Source of the DNA: Bdellovibrio sp.
GTDB lineage: Bacteria > Bdellovibrionota > Bdellovibrionia > Bdellovibrionales > Bdellovibrionaceae
NCBI GenBank assembly: GCA_036677065.1
Contig: JAKFBS010000004.1
Span: forward strand, 160,001 to 224,000
DNA: 64,000 bases
Direction of reading: 5' to 3'
Below the pieces are notes generated by a model. That model was not told where the DNA came from and did no database searches. It worked only from the letters and a program-made list of their open reading frames with translations. Shown piece by piece: positions 29,447 to 39,917 of this stretch. The position numbers and the translations under genes were made by a program. Numbering within the stretch: position 1 is the stretch's first letter; each line of letters starts with the position of its first letter.

Positions 29447-30434
29447 AAAATCTGAACACAGCTGCGACGGGCACGGGCACAGCCATGATCACGGTCATGA
29501 CGACCATAAACATGATCACAGTCATGGTGGCCATCACCACCATGTCGAGATTCAAAGCGAAGCCGATATTTCGAAAGCTTTTATAATCGGGGGAGTGTTA
29601 AATTTTGTTTTCGTGGTTTTTGAATTCACGATCGGCGTTATCACTGGATCAGTTTCATTAATTGCCGATGCTGTTCATAATTTTTCTGATGTGGTTTCGT
29701 TATTCTTATCGTGGATTGGTTTTAAATTAAACAAATCAAAACCTTCGGCGCAATTTACCTACGGCTTAAAAAAGATGTCGTTGATGATCGCGTTTTTTAA
29801 TTCGATCACTTTGATTTTAAGTTTAATTTACATTGTTTACGAGGCTTACCATCGTTTTATCGAGCCACAGGCTGTTGCCGAAGATAAAATTATTCTAGTG
29901 GCTGGTCTTGGTATTGGGGTAAATTTTTTATCAGCATTTTTATTTAGAAAAAACCACAGTGATGTAAATATTAAAGGTGCTTATCTGCACTTGATGATGG
30001 ATGCTTTTATTTCATTAGGTGTGGTGATTGCTGGCCTTGGTATTAAGTTTACTGGCTTGACGATTCTTGATCCGATTGCAGCCTGTTTAATCGTGGTCTT
30101 TATCGCTAAGGGGACAGTGTCGTTATTGCGTGAGTCTTTTGTGTTATTGCTTGGCGGTGTGCCGTTAACAATCAATTCAGATCAAGTCAGAAAACAGATT
30201 TTATCTTGCGCTGAAGTTTTAGAAATTCACGATTTACATATCTGGTCATTAAGTTCATCTGAAGTGGCTTTAACTGCGCATATTAAAATGAAAGATAAAA
30301 AACATCCCGGAGATTTATTTTTAAAAAATTTAAATCTAATGCTGCGGGATAAATTTACCATTTCGCATGTGACGATTCAGATTGAAATCGGTGACTTGGC
30401 AGATACTGCCTGCGATCTGGATAATAAATGTTAA
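29418..30434 (+). CDS. Cation diffusion facilitator (CzcD/ZitB-like)
   Basis: His-rich N-terminus, DAVHNFSD, AYLHLMMD, IHDLHIWSLS, HVTIQIE. Confidence 0.93.
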   Translation: MPMLKLRRHKKSEHSCDGHGHSHDHGHDDHKHDHSHGGHHHHVEIQSEADISKAFIIGGVLNFVFVVFEFTIGVITGSVSLIADAVHNFSDVVSLFLSWIGFKLNKSKPSAQFTYGLKKMSLMIAFFNSITLILSLIYIVYEAYHRFIEPQAVAEDKIILVAGLGIGVNFLSAFLFRKNHSDVNIKGAYLHLMMDAFISLGVVIAGLGIKFTGLTILDPIAACLIVVFIAKGTVSLLRESFVLLLGGVPLTINSDQVRKQILSCAEVLEIHDLHIWSLSSSEVALTAHIKMKDKKHPGDLFLKNLNLMLRDKFTISHVTIQIEIGDLADTACDLDNKC

Positions 30435-30446
30435 AAAAATGAATAT

Positions 30447-31226
30447 TTATTCAGTGATTACATCGTAAATTGTATGAGTCGTTGTTCCGACAAGAAACGA
30501 AACTTTAAACTTAGAGTAAGAGTGAAATTTTAAAAATTCGAGTAAATTTTCGCACAAGTTTCTATTTACAAAACTATACTTACTGCTTTTGCCTAGAATA
30601 ATTAAAAAAGAGGGGATAGTTGGGTTATTGCCCGTACCACAGTCGGCAGTGGCCGCTTGAGTCATATCATCAGCTTTAATTTGTAAATTAACTCGCTCGG
30701 GATAGGTCGTATTAAGGCGAGCCCAGGTGTACGTTTCAGATTTAAAGATATGACGATCACGACCACCAGTAAGTGCTAAATAATAAAAATCTTTTTCGGT
30801 TAAACCAGTTGCCGTATACAAAGTACTGCTAAGTTCATAGTTTTTATCTAAACCTGGTTCGCTTAATCCTAAAATTTCATGAAACACGATCAGGGCTGAT
30901 TTGTTTTCAGTAAGCCCTTGGCGTGATTCGCGACACCATTTTTGCGAAAGATAAATACGATTCGCCGCAGGCTCATTCATCGCGATATATTGATTGCCTT
31001 CGTAATTAACCATTTCAGTTTGCACTTCGACGATTTCAGCAGTGTTTACTTTTTCTAAAAAGCGATCTGAATCAAATTGAATTCCATCAACAAGACTATG
31101 AATAACTTTGCCGTAACTGATAAAGTGTTCAACACAAGTATTGCCGCCACCGCGTACGCCAAATGATCCTGAAGCTAATGTTTGTGCCGTAATTAAAGTA
31201 ATAAGTAAAAAAACTAATTGTTTCAT
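30447..31226 (-). CDS. Secreted hypothetical protein with Gly-rich mature N-terminus
   Basis: Signal peptide then GVRGGGN; FHEILGL; 4-nt overlap with the upstream TIGR02147 gene. Confidence 0.7.
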   Translation of the reverse strand: MKQLVFLLITLITAQTLASGSFGVRGGGNTCVEHFISYGKVIHSLVDGIQFDSDRFLEKVNTAEIVEVQTEMVNYEGNQYIAMNEPAANRIYLSQKWCRESRQGLTENKSALIVFHEILGLSEPGLDKNYELSSTLYTATGLTEKDFYYLALTGGRDRHIFKSETYTWARLNTTYPERVNLQIKADDMTQAATADCGTGNNPTIPSFLIILGKSSKYSFVNRNLCENLLEFLKFHSYSKFKVSFLVGTTTHTIYDVITE

Positions 31227-32041
31227 AAATTTCCTGAAGTGACTTTAAAGAGCTGGATTCCTAAAGTGTATACGCTGTTTTTAATTTTTGCTTCGTGTGA
31301 TAAAGCCGTAATGCGGTTGAAACATTCTTCGATGATACCTTCGGCTTCTTTAACCTGAGCTGAATCAAGAATGATAGTTTCTGTTCCAACAATACGATCT
31401 TGCATTGGTAAATTGTCGATCGCCCATTTTGAACGATCTAACATCTGTTTGTAGAACGCACGAATCGAAGTGCTTGGCGTCGCTGATTGTAAAAGATGCG
31501 AACAGTTTTCACTGCGCACATATTTGTTGTCTGTAAACTTGATGAGTCCAGCTTGGCTTAAATTTGCTAAAATTTTATCGGCTTCGTCAGCTTCTAAATT
31601 TAAAAGCTTAGTCAAGCCGGCGGCGTTTACGCTTGAGTGCGCACCAGACATTAACACTAGCGTAGAAATATGATTCAAATCTAAAATTTTATCGAAATTA
31701 ATGCTATCTACTTTTTTACGACGGTGAGAGTGCGCCAAGCCTTTAAGCTTTTTTTGAATTTTATCAATTTTTAAATTATCTGTTTCATGAGTGACCTGAA
31801 TCATGCCCGTTAAATATTCGATTTCAGTTGCTGACAAGTCTAACCATTCAGCAACTTTTAAAGCGGTATCAACTGACAAATGTTTTTTCTTATTCATCAC
31901 CGTTGATAAATAGGCTGGCGACAGATCCATTTTGTAGGCAACAGATCTTAGCGAAATTTTACGTGCGCTATCTTCTTGTTTTTTAGAAATGGCGTCGCGA
32001 ACGTACACACGGTAATCGTCGTATTGAAAAATATTTGTCAT
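31223..32041 (-). CDS. TIGR02147/DUF4423 family protein
   Basis: IFQYDDYR.Y, XRE-like HTH (SLRSVAYKMDLSPAYLSTVM…HLS), IRAFYKQML, VYTLGIQLF. Confidence 0.85.
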   Translation of the reverse strand: MTNIFQYDDYRVYVRDAISKKQEDSARKISLRSVAYKMDLSPAYLSTVMNKKKHLSVDTALKVAEWLDLSATEIEYLTGMIQVTHETDNLKIDKIQKKLKGLAHSHRRKKVDSINFDKILDLNHISTLVLMSGAHSSVNAAGLTKLLNLEADEADKILANLSQAGLIKFTDNKYVRSENCSHLLQSATPSTSIRAFYKQMLDRSKWAIDNLPMQDRIVGTETIILDSAQVKEAEGIIEECFNRITALSHEAKIKNSVYTLGIQLFKVTSGNL

Positions 32042-32050
32042 AGTTGGCGC

Positions 32051-32089
32051 ATAATATAAGAGCGGAAACCCTTGTCAATAGCGACAAGG
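32051..32089 (-). promoter_or_regulatory. sigma70-like promoter overlapped by a palindrome
   Basis: TTGACA-N16-TATTAT, 9 nt before ATG; CCTTGTC-N6-GACAAGG covers the -35. Confidence 0.6.
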
Positions 32090-32101
32090 CGGGGATTTTC
32101 A

Positions 32102-32122
32102 TTACTGTTTACAAGGGTAAAC
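32102..32122. promoter_or_regulatory. Candidate TIGR02147 operator 1
   Basis: TTACTGTTTAC-AAGG-GTAAAC; similar motif at 39918. Confidence 0.45.
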
Positions 32123-32400
32123 TAAGGGGTTTTTGCTCTCACTTGGTTTTCATTTTGCTGCTGGATGCTTGGATATTGGGCTCTTTCGGGCCATAAATGA
32201 CTCAAAGCTCAGACACAGTTTTTGTCTCAATTGAAGATAATACCAACCAAGAGTTTAAAAAAATCACTGCGACAAAGATCGAGTTGTCTCAATATATCTC
32301 GATCTGTGCGATCTCGATAGATCTGATGACTGAAATTAACTAAACAAAATACAGCCTATATAGCGTCGATCCCAGTAAACAAAAATCATTGAGCTACTCT

Positions 32401-32427
32401 TCATTCGATCAATGTTTAATCCGATAA
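32401..32427 (+). promoter_or_regulatory. sigma28-like promoter of the fibre gene
   Basis: TCAT-N15-TCCGATAA; CCGATA is 8 nt before GTG. Confidence 0.55.
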
Positions 32428-32434
32428 AGATACC

Positions 32435-35400
32435 GTGAATACCAATCTGTTGTATGTTTATCTACTATTCGTATCTCTTTTTGCGACATCAGCGTTTGCT
32501 ATTCCTGGGCTTACGACTTATCAAGCCCGCATTATTCAACCAAATGGTGTGCCCTTAGAATCAAACGGCGTAAGTTTTCGTTTTACGGTTTTAAATCCTG
32601 CTGCAAATTGCATTCTTTATATCGAAGATTACAATGCGATTAACATGAATAACACCAGCGGGTTAGTTACGTTTTCGCTCGGAAGTGGAACAAAAATTTA
32701 TCCCACGTCTGGCACAGTTACTTTTCAAGATATATTTAGTAACTCATCTGCGCCATTAGCATGTCAGGCCAGTGGAACTTACGGGCCCGATGCAAACGAT
32801 GTTCGTAAAATCGTGATGCAGTTCAACGACAGCAACGGTTGGCAAACATTACCAGCCATGAGCATCAATGCGGTTCCATATGCGATGTTTGCGACAGATG
32901 CACAAAAACTTGGTGGCGTTAGTGCCACAAGTTATATTCAATACTCAGCGATTCCAACGTGTACGGCTTCGCAAGCGCTGCAATACACGGGTTCGGGTTT
33001 TCTTTGTATCACGGCAGGTGGCGGTGGAGGTGCATCGGCAACAATCACAGCCGGTGATATCACAACTGCACTTGGTTACACGCCGGCAGATCCAGCCACG
33101 TTATCAACTTCATATACAACAGTAGCCGCATCGTATTCGACAGTGACAGCCTCGGTTTCCTCTTTAGGAAGTTCAGTGACGACGGTGATTTCAACTGTGA
33201 ATGATTTATCAGCCTCTTTAGCTGCGATCGTTTCATCACAGTGGCTTACTAGCGGCACAACAATTAGTTATAATTCTGGTCACGTCGGGATAGGTATACT
33301 TTCACCAAATGCTAAGTTGCATATTGCCGCAGGCACTTCATCTATAGCTCCTCTTAAATTAACGACAGGGCCGCTGTTAACCTCGCCACAAGCGGGAAGT
33401 ATTGAGTACAACGGTTTTAATTTATTTTACACAGATGGAGCAAGCACCCGTCATACGATAGCCACCGAAGCGGAAATTTTCACTTTAACTGCAGAAATGG
33501 CAAGTTTAACAGCGCTTGTTTCTGGCAGTTCAGGTGTTGGTTTTTCAAGTTTAGATTTAGGTTCGGCAAGTGCTACAGGTATTTTAGCTGAAGCGCGCTT
33601 ACCGAGTTTTGCAAATGTAACAAGTGGATCACAATACACAAAAGTAACTGTTGATGGCAAAGGCCGTGTAACAAGTGGCGCACCATTATCAGCTTTAGAT
33701 ATTTCAACAGCAGTAGGTGCTGATTCATTAGTAAAAATCGGCGCCTTTGATGGTTACAGTATGAATGTATATGCCGGTAGCGGTGTGGGAAATATCGGAA
33801 CAGCCACTGGAACTTCGAATGAAGCATTTGGTCACGGTGGACTTCGCTTTTTAACAAGCGGTAATCGCAACGTGGCGATGGGTATTTATGCTTTAGGAAA
33901 TGTGACTACGGGTAGTTCAAATATCGGTATTGGTCAGGAAGCCGGATTAGTTATTACTACAGGTTCAAATAATATTGCCATCGGTAACAATTCAAGTGTT
34001 CCTAATGGTGCTGGTAATAATCAGCTTTCAATTAATAATTTAATTTACGGTATCAGCAACAATGTGGGTATTGGCACATCAGCACCAGTTACTAAATTAG
34101 AAGTCAGTGGTGGTGTGAAAATCAGTATGGAAGCTGCAGCCTGTGTAGCTGCTTATGCTGGTACGATTCGTTACAATGCAGGTCTTGTAGAATATTGTAA
34201 TGGCACAAGTTGGTCAACGTTGGGTGTAAGTGGTTCTGCGGTAAGTTCGCAATGGAATACCTCAGGTACAACAATTAATTACTTAGCAGGTAATGTTGGT
34301 ATTAGAACAGCTTCGCCTCTGCAAAGTTTTTCTGTAAGTGGTGTTGCTGTTGTGACTGGTAATTATGGTAGCGGCGAAAATTTAGTTGTGAGCGGTGAAG
34401 GATCAAGAATGTTTTTCTATCCTAAAAAATCTGCTTTTCGTGCTGGATATGTCGGAAACGATGAATGGGATGATGCCAACATCGGAGAATCCAGTGTAGC
34501 TATCGGTGATAGTTCGATCGCCACAGGTTATGGATCAGTTGCTTTAGGAACTGGTGTTATTGCAAGTGGTGCAAACTCTGTAGCCATGGGTAAATACAGT
34601 CAGGCCTTGGGTGATAGATCAACAGCATTTGGCGAAGCACAGGCCGTCGGTGATTTAAGTACAGCTTTTGATAGCAGTTACGCCGAAGGAATGTATAGCA
34701 TTGCCATGGGAAGCAGTAGTGCAAATGCTGATCGCGCTATAGCTATGGGATCATCAGCAAATGCAGATGGCGAATCAAGTGTTGCTATCGGCCAGTCAGT
34801 TCATAGTCGGGCCTATAGATCTGTAGCCGTAGGTAGTTACAACGTCGGAAGTGGAAGCGGAACCGCCTGGATTGCTACAGATCCAATTTTTGAAGTTGGT
34901 AATAGTCAAAATGGATCGCCACGCAGTAATGCCATGACCATTCTAAAAAATGGCAACATCGGTATTGGCAATATTGCACCGGTTACTAAGTTAGAAGTCA
35001 GTGGTGGTGTAAAAATCAGTATGGAATCTGCAGCGTGTGCTGTAAGTTACGCGGGTACTTTACGTTATAATTCAGGTAACGTTGAATATTGTAATGGCAC
35101 TTCGTGGGCAGCGTTCGGCACAGGTGGTGCTGTAACAAGTGCATCCATTGCAGCAGCATTAAGTTATACTCCAGCTAATCAATCAACAGTAGCGACATCA
35201 TTTACAACTCTAACGAATTCAGTGAATATCGTGGGAACTTCGATTACTACGTTAACTAGTACAGTTAATAATTTATCAACTTCATTTACAAACTTAGCCG
35301 CTGCAGTTTCTGGAATCGCAACAGGTGCTAAAGTCGCTCGTGTTGCAACGACAGCCAATATCGTGCTTTCAGGTTTGCAAACGATCGATACGATTGTTAC

Positions 35401-38400
35401 GTTAGTCGCCGGCGATCGCGTTTTAGTTAAGAACCAATCATCGCAAGGTAATAATGGACTATATATTGCCGCAGCCGGTGCATGGACGCGTGCTCCTGAA
35501 CTTGATACATGGCAAGAAGTGTTGGGTGCCGAAGTTTATGTTGTCGATGGTCTTTCCAACCAAGGCATGGCGTACATGGTGAACACCTCGGTCTTATCTG
35601 GTACATTGAATACAACTAGTATCCAATGGACTACGCGTGGAGCAAACTGGTTTAACGGTAACATTGGTTTTGGTATAGATTCACTGACTAAAAATATTTC
35701 GGGCTTCGACAATGCGGCTTTCGGTAATTATTCTCTATCAGCAGCGACCACGGGGTCTGAAAATACAGGTCTCGGTAATTATACTTTCGAAGATTTAACA
35801 ACAGGTGGCAAAAATACAGCTGTCGGTACTTCAGTGATGGCCGGCGTAACTTCAGGCTCTTTAAATACAGCACTTGGATATAGATCTCTAAGTAGTTTAT
35901 CAACGGGCGATGGCAACATCGGCATCGGCGCGAATGCAGGCTGGTTGATCACGACCGGCTCTAACAATGTAGTGATCGGTTCAAATACCGGGGCTGCGAT
36001 TGCGACATCATCAAATAATATTCTTTTAGCAGATGGTCAGGGTAATGAACGTATGCGCATTACCTCTAGCGGCGCTGTCGGTTTTGGTACAACAACACCT
36101 GCAGCAAGATTAGAAGTTTCTGGTGGAATTAAAATCAGCGGTACTGCGGCTACATTAGATATTCCTTTAACGACTTCAACTACCGGTTACATCTCAATGA
36201 ATGGTGAGCGGGTATTACATGCTTCTGAAGATTATAGTATTTTCTTAGGAAGAGGTGCCGGCAATCTTGCAGGTACTGGCGTGCAGGATACAGGTATCGG
36301 TCATCAAGCACTTAAGAGCATAACTTTAGGATATCAAAACGTTGCGGTCGGTGATTTTGCAATGGCTGATATGACCATCGGCGGAGAAAACACTGCCATT
36401 GGATCAGAAGCATTAACTAACTCTGTCAGTGGTAATGCCAATGTTGCTGTGGGTATTCAAGCGCTAATGAATAACACAAGTAACGAAAATACCGTTGTCG
36501 GAGCGTACGCACTCAATCGAGCGGGTAATGGTTTCAAAAATACGGGAACGGGTTATGCCGTAATGAATATGCTGACGACAGGATCGAATAACGTTGCTGC
36601 TGGTTGGATGGCGTTGAGAGAAGTAACGACAGGGAATTCAAATGTCGGTATCGGTTATGCAGCGGGAAGATTTTTAACAACAGGATCAGGCAATGTGATC
36701 ATCGGTGGTAACACAGGTGTAAGCTTTGCGACGGAGTCGAATAATATTTCAATCAACGATGGCGTAGGTAATGAAAGAATTCGTGTCGTGAGTTCTGGCT
36801 TAGTGGGTATCGGCACAATAACTCCAGTCACAAAATTAGATGTATCGGGTGCGATTCGTATCAGCATGGATTCAGCAACGTGTGCGACAAGTTATGCTGG
36901 AGCGATTCGCTACAATGCCGGAAACGTGCAATTCTGTAACGGCACAACGTGGGGAAGTTTCGGCGCAGAAGTGACCAGCGCATCAGTGGTTTCTGCATTA
37001 GGCTACACACCGGCCGCCAGTGGATCAGGGGCATCGCAGTGGACGACATCATCAACGACCATCAGTTACACTGGAAAAGTAGGTATTGGATTAACTGATC
37101 CGGCCACGCCGTTGCAAGTAGCGGGGCCCAGTAATGCCACCCCTTCAGTCGCGAATTCAATTTTTAGTACGAAATCTTCAATTTCAACGGGAATTTTTAT
37201 GGGCTCGTACAATGCGACGCCATTTGGTTCATGGATTCAATCAGCAGATCATGTTGGTATGTTTCCATACCCGTTAATATTAAATCCGCTGGGTGCAAAT
37301 GTGGGTATTGGTTTATCAACCCCCTTGTCACGCTTAGTTGTTAAAGGTTTAGGTACAACATCGGCGACATCTTCGCTGAACGTCACCGATTCATCGAATA
37401 ACTCGCACTTGTTTGTGCGCGGTGATGGTAACGTCGGTATCGGTACCGGATCACCTGGTGCGCGCTTAGCGGTTGAAGGAACTGGCGCAGTTGGTTTACA
37501 AATTAAAACTACAGGCGCAGTCGCAGCCGATACTTTTAATATGGTTAATGATATGGATGCGACTGGTAATTTCTGGTTCGCAAAAGGATCATCGAATACA
37601 GTTCCGACAAGTCCAAATCGTTTAATGAATATAACGAATTGGGGTAACGTAGAAATTTTTGGCCAAGAAGTAAATAACACGAATGATAATTCAGGAATAT
37701 TATCTCTTAAAACTCAAGCTAGTGCAGATGGTGGCCAAAGAAATGAAGTGTCATTAGAATTTTATGCCGATCGTACAGATTTAAATACGCCGTCGGGGTA
37801 TTTGGGCTATGAAAGTAACACGACACTTGATTTAACATTGATGAATAGCAAAAACGGAAAACTAATTCTTGGAACTTCAAATACCGCGGCCGTAACGATC
37901 ACATCTGCGAGCGCTGTGGGTATAGGTACAAGTACGCCTGACAGTGCACTCACAATTAATTCGAATAACACTAAAACGACTTTGCATCTTACAGCAATGG
38001 GTGGTGGCGGATATCTTAGTGCTCGCGGTAATACCTCTCAGCTAGATGTGTTTGGTGGCTATGAATATGACTTGGCTGCATCTAATTACAAGGCTCGTGC
38101 AACAGCCGCTGCCGGCGTTGAGTTCAATGCCGGCACTTTTCGCGTATACACCAATTCAGGTCTAACAAGTGGAAACACATTCACTCCTACTGAACGCCTG
38201 CGTATCGATACAAGCGGCAATGTCGGTATCGGGACGACAAGTCCAATCAATTTATTTCATTTACACGCAACTGCAGGAAATACAGTATTGAAAATGTCGA
38301 ATGCGAGTACGGGTGTAACAGGCGCTGATGGTTTTGCAATTCAGCAAACCGCGACCGATGTGAACTTTATTAACTATGAAACCGGAGCAATGGGTTTTCA

Positions 38401-38971
38401 AACGGCTGGCCAGCAGCGTATGCGTATTGCTTCAACCGGCGAGGTCGGTATCGGGACTTCGAGCCCGGGTTATACCTTGGATGTTTCAGGAACATTAAAC
38501 ATCACCACGGGAAACTGGTTACGTTTTGCCGGTGTGGGTATTTGCAGTAGCGCCGGTTGTACTGCGACTTCCGATCGTCGGCTTAAAAAAAATATTCAAC
38601 CGCTGGATTTTTCACTTGAGAAAATTTTGTCGCTTCAAGGTGTGCAGTATGATTGGAAAGATAAAGCTACGTATGGTGATAAACACCAAGTCGGGTTTGT
38701 CGCACAAGATTTAGAAAAAATTTACCCAGAGGTCATTTACACAGATAAAAACACAGGACTTAAAACTGTGGCCTACGGAAATTTAGTCGCTCCAATCGTT
38801 GAGGCTGTTAAATCGCTTTACGAAAAGGTCATGGTGCTATTTGACCGCAACGAACAGCTTTCACGCGAAGTGGCCGCTGTTAAGGCCGAAAACGCTGAAA
38901 AAACAAAACAGCTAAATGATATTCGAGCTTATTTGTGTTCAAAAGATCCAAGCGCGCCGATGTGTAAATAG
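32435..38971 (+). CDS. Large mosaic trimeric fibre adhesin with C-terminal peptidase S74 chaperone (MAT-like)
   Basis: Signal peptide; many GNVGIGT..P repeats; YadA-like SVAIG repeats; NTAVG beta-helix repeats; SDRRLKKNI…GFVAQD S74 domain and coiled coil. Confidence 0.9.
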   Translation: MNTNLLYVYLLFVSLFATSAFAIPGLTTYQARIIQPNGVPLESNGVSFRFTVLNPAANCILYIEDYNAINMNNTSGLVTFSLGSGTKIYPTSGTVTFQDIFSNSSAPLACQASGTYGPDANDVRKIVMQFNDSNGWQTLPAMSINAVPYAMFATDAQKLGGVSATSYIQYSAIPTCTASQALQYTGSGFLCITAGGGGGASATITAGDITTALGYTPADPATLSTSYTTVAASYSTVTASVSSLGSSVTTVISTVNDLSASLAAIVSSQWLTSGTTISYNSGHVGIGILSPNAKLHIAAGTSSIAPLKLTTGPLLTSPQAGSIEYNGFNLFYTDGASTRHTIATEAEIFTLTAEMASLTALVSGSSGVGFSSLDLGSASATGILAEARLPSFANVTSGSQYTKVTVDGKGRVTSGAPLSALDISTAVGADSLVKIGAFDGYSMNVYAGSGVGNIGTATGTSNEAFGHGGLRFLTSGNRNVAMGIYALGNVTTGSSNIGIGQEAGLVITTGSNNIAIGNNSSVPNGAGNNQLSINNLIYGISNNVGIGTSAPVTKLEVSGGVKISMEAAACVAAYAGTIRYNAGLVEYCNGTSWSTLGVSGSAVSSQWNTSGTTINYLAGNVGIRTASPLQSFSVSGVAVVTGNYGSGENLVVSGEGSRMFFYPKKSAFRAGYVGNDEWDDANIGESSVAIGDSSIATGYGSVALGTGVIASGANSVAMGKYSQALGDRSTAFGEAQAVGDLSTAFDSSYAEGMYSIAMGSSSANADRAIAMGSSANADGESSVAIGQSVHSRAYRSVAVGSYNVGSGSGTAWIATDPIFEVGNSQNGSPRSNAMTILKNGNIGIGNIAPVTKLEVSGGVKISMESAACAVSYAGTLRYNSGNVEYCNGTSWAAFGTGGAVTSASIAAALSYTPANQSTVATSFTTLTNSVNIVGTSITTLTSTVNNLSTSFTNLAAAVSGIATGAKVARVATTANIVLSGLQTIDTIVTLVAGDRVLVKNQSSQGNNGLYIAAAGAWTRAPELDTWQEVLGAEVYVVDGLSNQGMAYMVNTSVLSGTLNTTSIQWTTRGANWFNGNIGFGIDSLTKNISGFDNAAFGNYSLSAATTGSENTGLGNYTFEDLTTGGKNTAVGTSVMAGVTSGSLNTALGYRSLSSLSTGDGNIGIGANAGWLITTGSNNVVIGSNTGAAIATSSNNILLADGQGNERMRITSSGAVGFGTTTPAARLEVSGGIKISGTAATLDIPLTTSTTGYISMNGERVLHASEDYSIFLGRGAGNLAGTGVQDTGIGHQALKSITLGYQNVAVGDFAMADMTIGGENTAIGSEALTNSVSGNANVAVGIQALMNNTSNENTVVGAYALNRAGNGFKNTGTGYAVMNMLTTGSNNVAAGWMALREVTTGNSNVGIGYAAGRFLTTGSGNVIIGGNTGVSFATESNNISINDGVGNERIRVVSSGLVGIGTITPVTKLDVSGAIRISMDSATCATSYAGAIRYNAGNVQFCNGTTWGSFGAEVTSASVVSALGYTPAASGSGASQWTTSSTTISYTGKVGIGLTDPATPLQVAGPSNATPSVANSIFSTKSSISTGIFMGSYNATPFGSWIQSADHVGMFPYPLILNPLGANVGIGLSTPLSRLVVKGLGTTSATSSLNVTDSSNNSHLFVRGDGNVGIGTGSPGARLAVEGTGAVGLQIKTTGAVAADTFNMVNDMDATGNFWFAKGSSNTVPTSPNRLMNITNWGNVEIFGQEVNNTNDNSGILSLKTQASADGGQRNEVSLEFYADRTDLNTPSGYLGYESNTTLDLTLMNSKNGKLILGTSNTAAVTITSASAVGIGTSTPDSALTINSNNTKTTLHLTAMGGGGYLSARGNTSQLDVFGGYEYDLAASNYKARATAAAGVEFNAGTFRVYTNSGLTSGNTFTPTERLRIDTSGNVGIGTTSPINLFHLHATAGNTVLKMSNASTGVTGADGFAIQQTATDVNFINYETGAMGFQTAGQQRMRIASTGEVGIGTSSPGYTLDVSGTLNITTGNWLRFAGVGICSSAGCTATSDRRLKKNIQPLDFSLEKILSLQGVQYDWKDKATYGDKHQVGFVAQDLEKIYPEVIYTDKNTGLKTVAYGNLVAPIVEAVKSLYEKVMVLFDRNEQLSREVAAVKAENAEKTKQLNDIRAYLCSKDPSAPMCK
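34082..36955 (+). repeat. Three dispersed copies of a ~45-codon module within the fibre gene (starts near 34082, 34976, 36821)
   Basis: PVTKLEVSGGVKISME.AAC…YAGT.RYN.G.VEYCNGTSW; the first two copies are near-identical in DNA over ~50 nt. Confidence 0.85.
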
Positions 38972-38978
38972 TGAATAG

Positions 38979-39836
38979 TTAACAATCTGAAGAGTTCTCG
39001 ATGACTTCTGAAACCGATAGAAGCTGTTGGTTAAGTCTGTAGACCTTTTTACCCGCGATGCTTTTTTCATTAAAGATCGCTACCATCTGACTGTTAAAAT
39101 CTTGAATTAGTTCTTGAGCCTTTTGGAATTGTTCAGCTGACAGAGCCATGAATGCTGAATAGAGCTTTCTGTTTTCTGTTGGCCCGTGGATAGCCTCTTG
39201 GGCTTGTTTGAGTCCTTCCGCATGGAAAGTCCGGATATACGAGTTGCCCGGGCTGGAAGGAATTTTAAAAAACTCATTCTCTGTGTGATAGATAATGCGG
39301 CCGTCTTCTCTGACTTCTCCCGATACAAGCTTTTGCCAGAGCAGGCACTTTAACGCGTTTTTAATTCGATCCACCGAGCAGCGAAAGTCCTGGGCCCATT
39401 TTTCTAAATCAGAAGATGAATCGTCAAAACTCAGATACGTAAACAGCTGAGGCACTAAAGGGTCGCTTAAAAAAGCTGAGATATCCTGGATCGCCGTTTC
39501 TTGTAGATTGCGAGACCAGCGACCATAGATTTCTCTCAAATATAACGCGCGCATTGAGTCTGTCGTAGCAATTTGGTAGTTCACCAAAAGAGCTAGGTAG
39601 CTAACTTCGCCTTCGCTTAGCTGTAGGCCTTTGACAAGGGCTGGAATAATCGAATGGGTCGGTGGCTTTTCGCCTAATACTAAATAGCGCAAATAAGAAC
39701 GACTTTTTATTCCCATTTCGCCGGCCCAAGTTTCATAAGAAAAATTCCCTTCCGTGTTCTTGCGATACTTGTAAAGAGCTTTGAGGAATTCAGGAAGGTC
39801 GCGGTAGTCATAAACTTTTGGTTTTGCTGCTATCAT
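38979..39836 (-). CDS. TIGR02147/DUF4423 family protein
   Basis: VYDYRD..EFL, FSYETWAGEMGIKSRSYL, IRTFHAEGL, VYRLNQQL. Confidence 0.85.
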   Translation of the reverse strand: MIAAKPKVYDYRDLPEFLKALYKYRKNTEGNFSYETWAGEMGIKSRSYLRYLVLGEKPPTHSIIPALVKGLQLSEGEVSYLALLVNYQIATTDSMRALYLREIYGRWSRNLQETAIQDISAFLSDPLVPQLFTYLSFDDSSSDLEKWAQDFRCSVDRIKNALKCLLWQKLVSGEVREDGRIIYHTENEFFKIPSSPGNSYIRTFHAEGLKQAQEAIHGPTENRKLYSAFMALSAEQFQKAQELIQDFNSQMVAIFNEKSIAGKKVYRLNQQLLSVSEVIENSSDC

Positions 39837-39917
39837 ATCTGCATCGTAGCAAGGTCATTTATTCTTGGGACGTCCAGTTTTTGTTCTCTAAAAAAGAACG
39901 AATGCTCAAATTTGCAG

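Noticed and set aside
27513..29555. Met/Val-rich antisense or alternate-frame ORFs (27513-27710, 27535-27729, 29217-29555)
   Set aside because: Shadows of His-rich CAT/CAC tracts in the permease and CDF genes
32144..32159. sigma54-like GG-N10-GC (TGGTTTTCATTTTGCT) near operator 1
   Set aside because: Poor -24 element and far from the next start codon; plausible by chance
32435..38971. Prophage tail fibre
   Set aside because: It has a Sec signal peptide and no neighbouring phage structural, integrase or lysis genes
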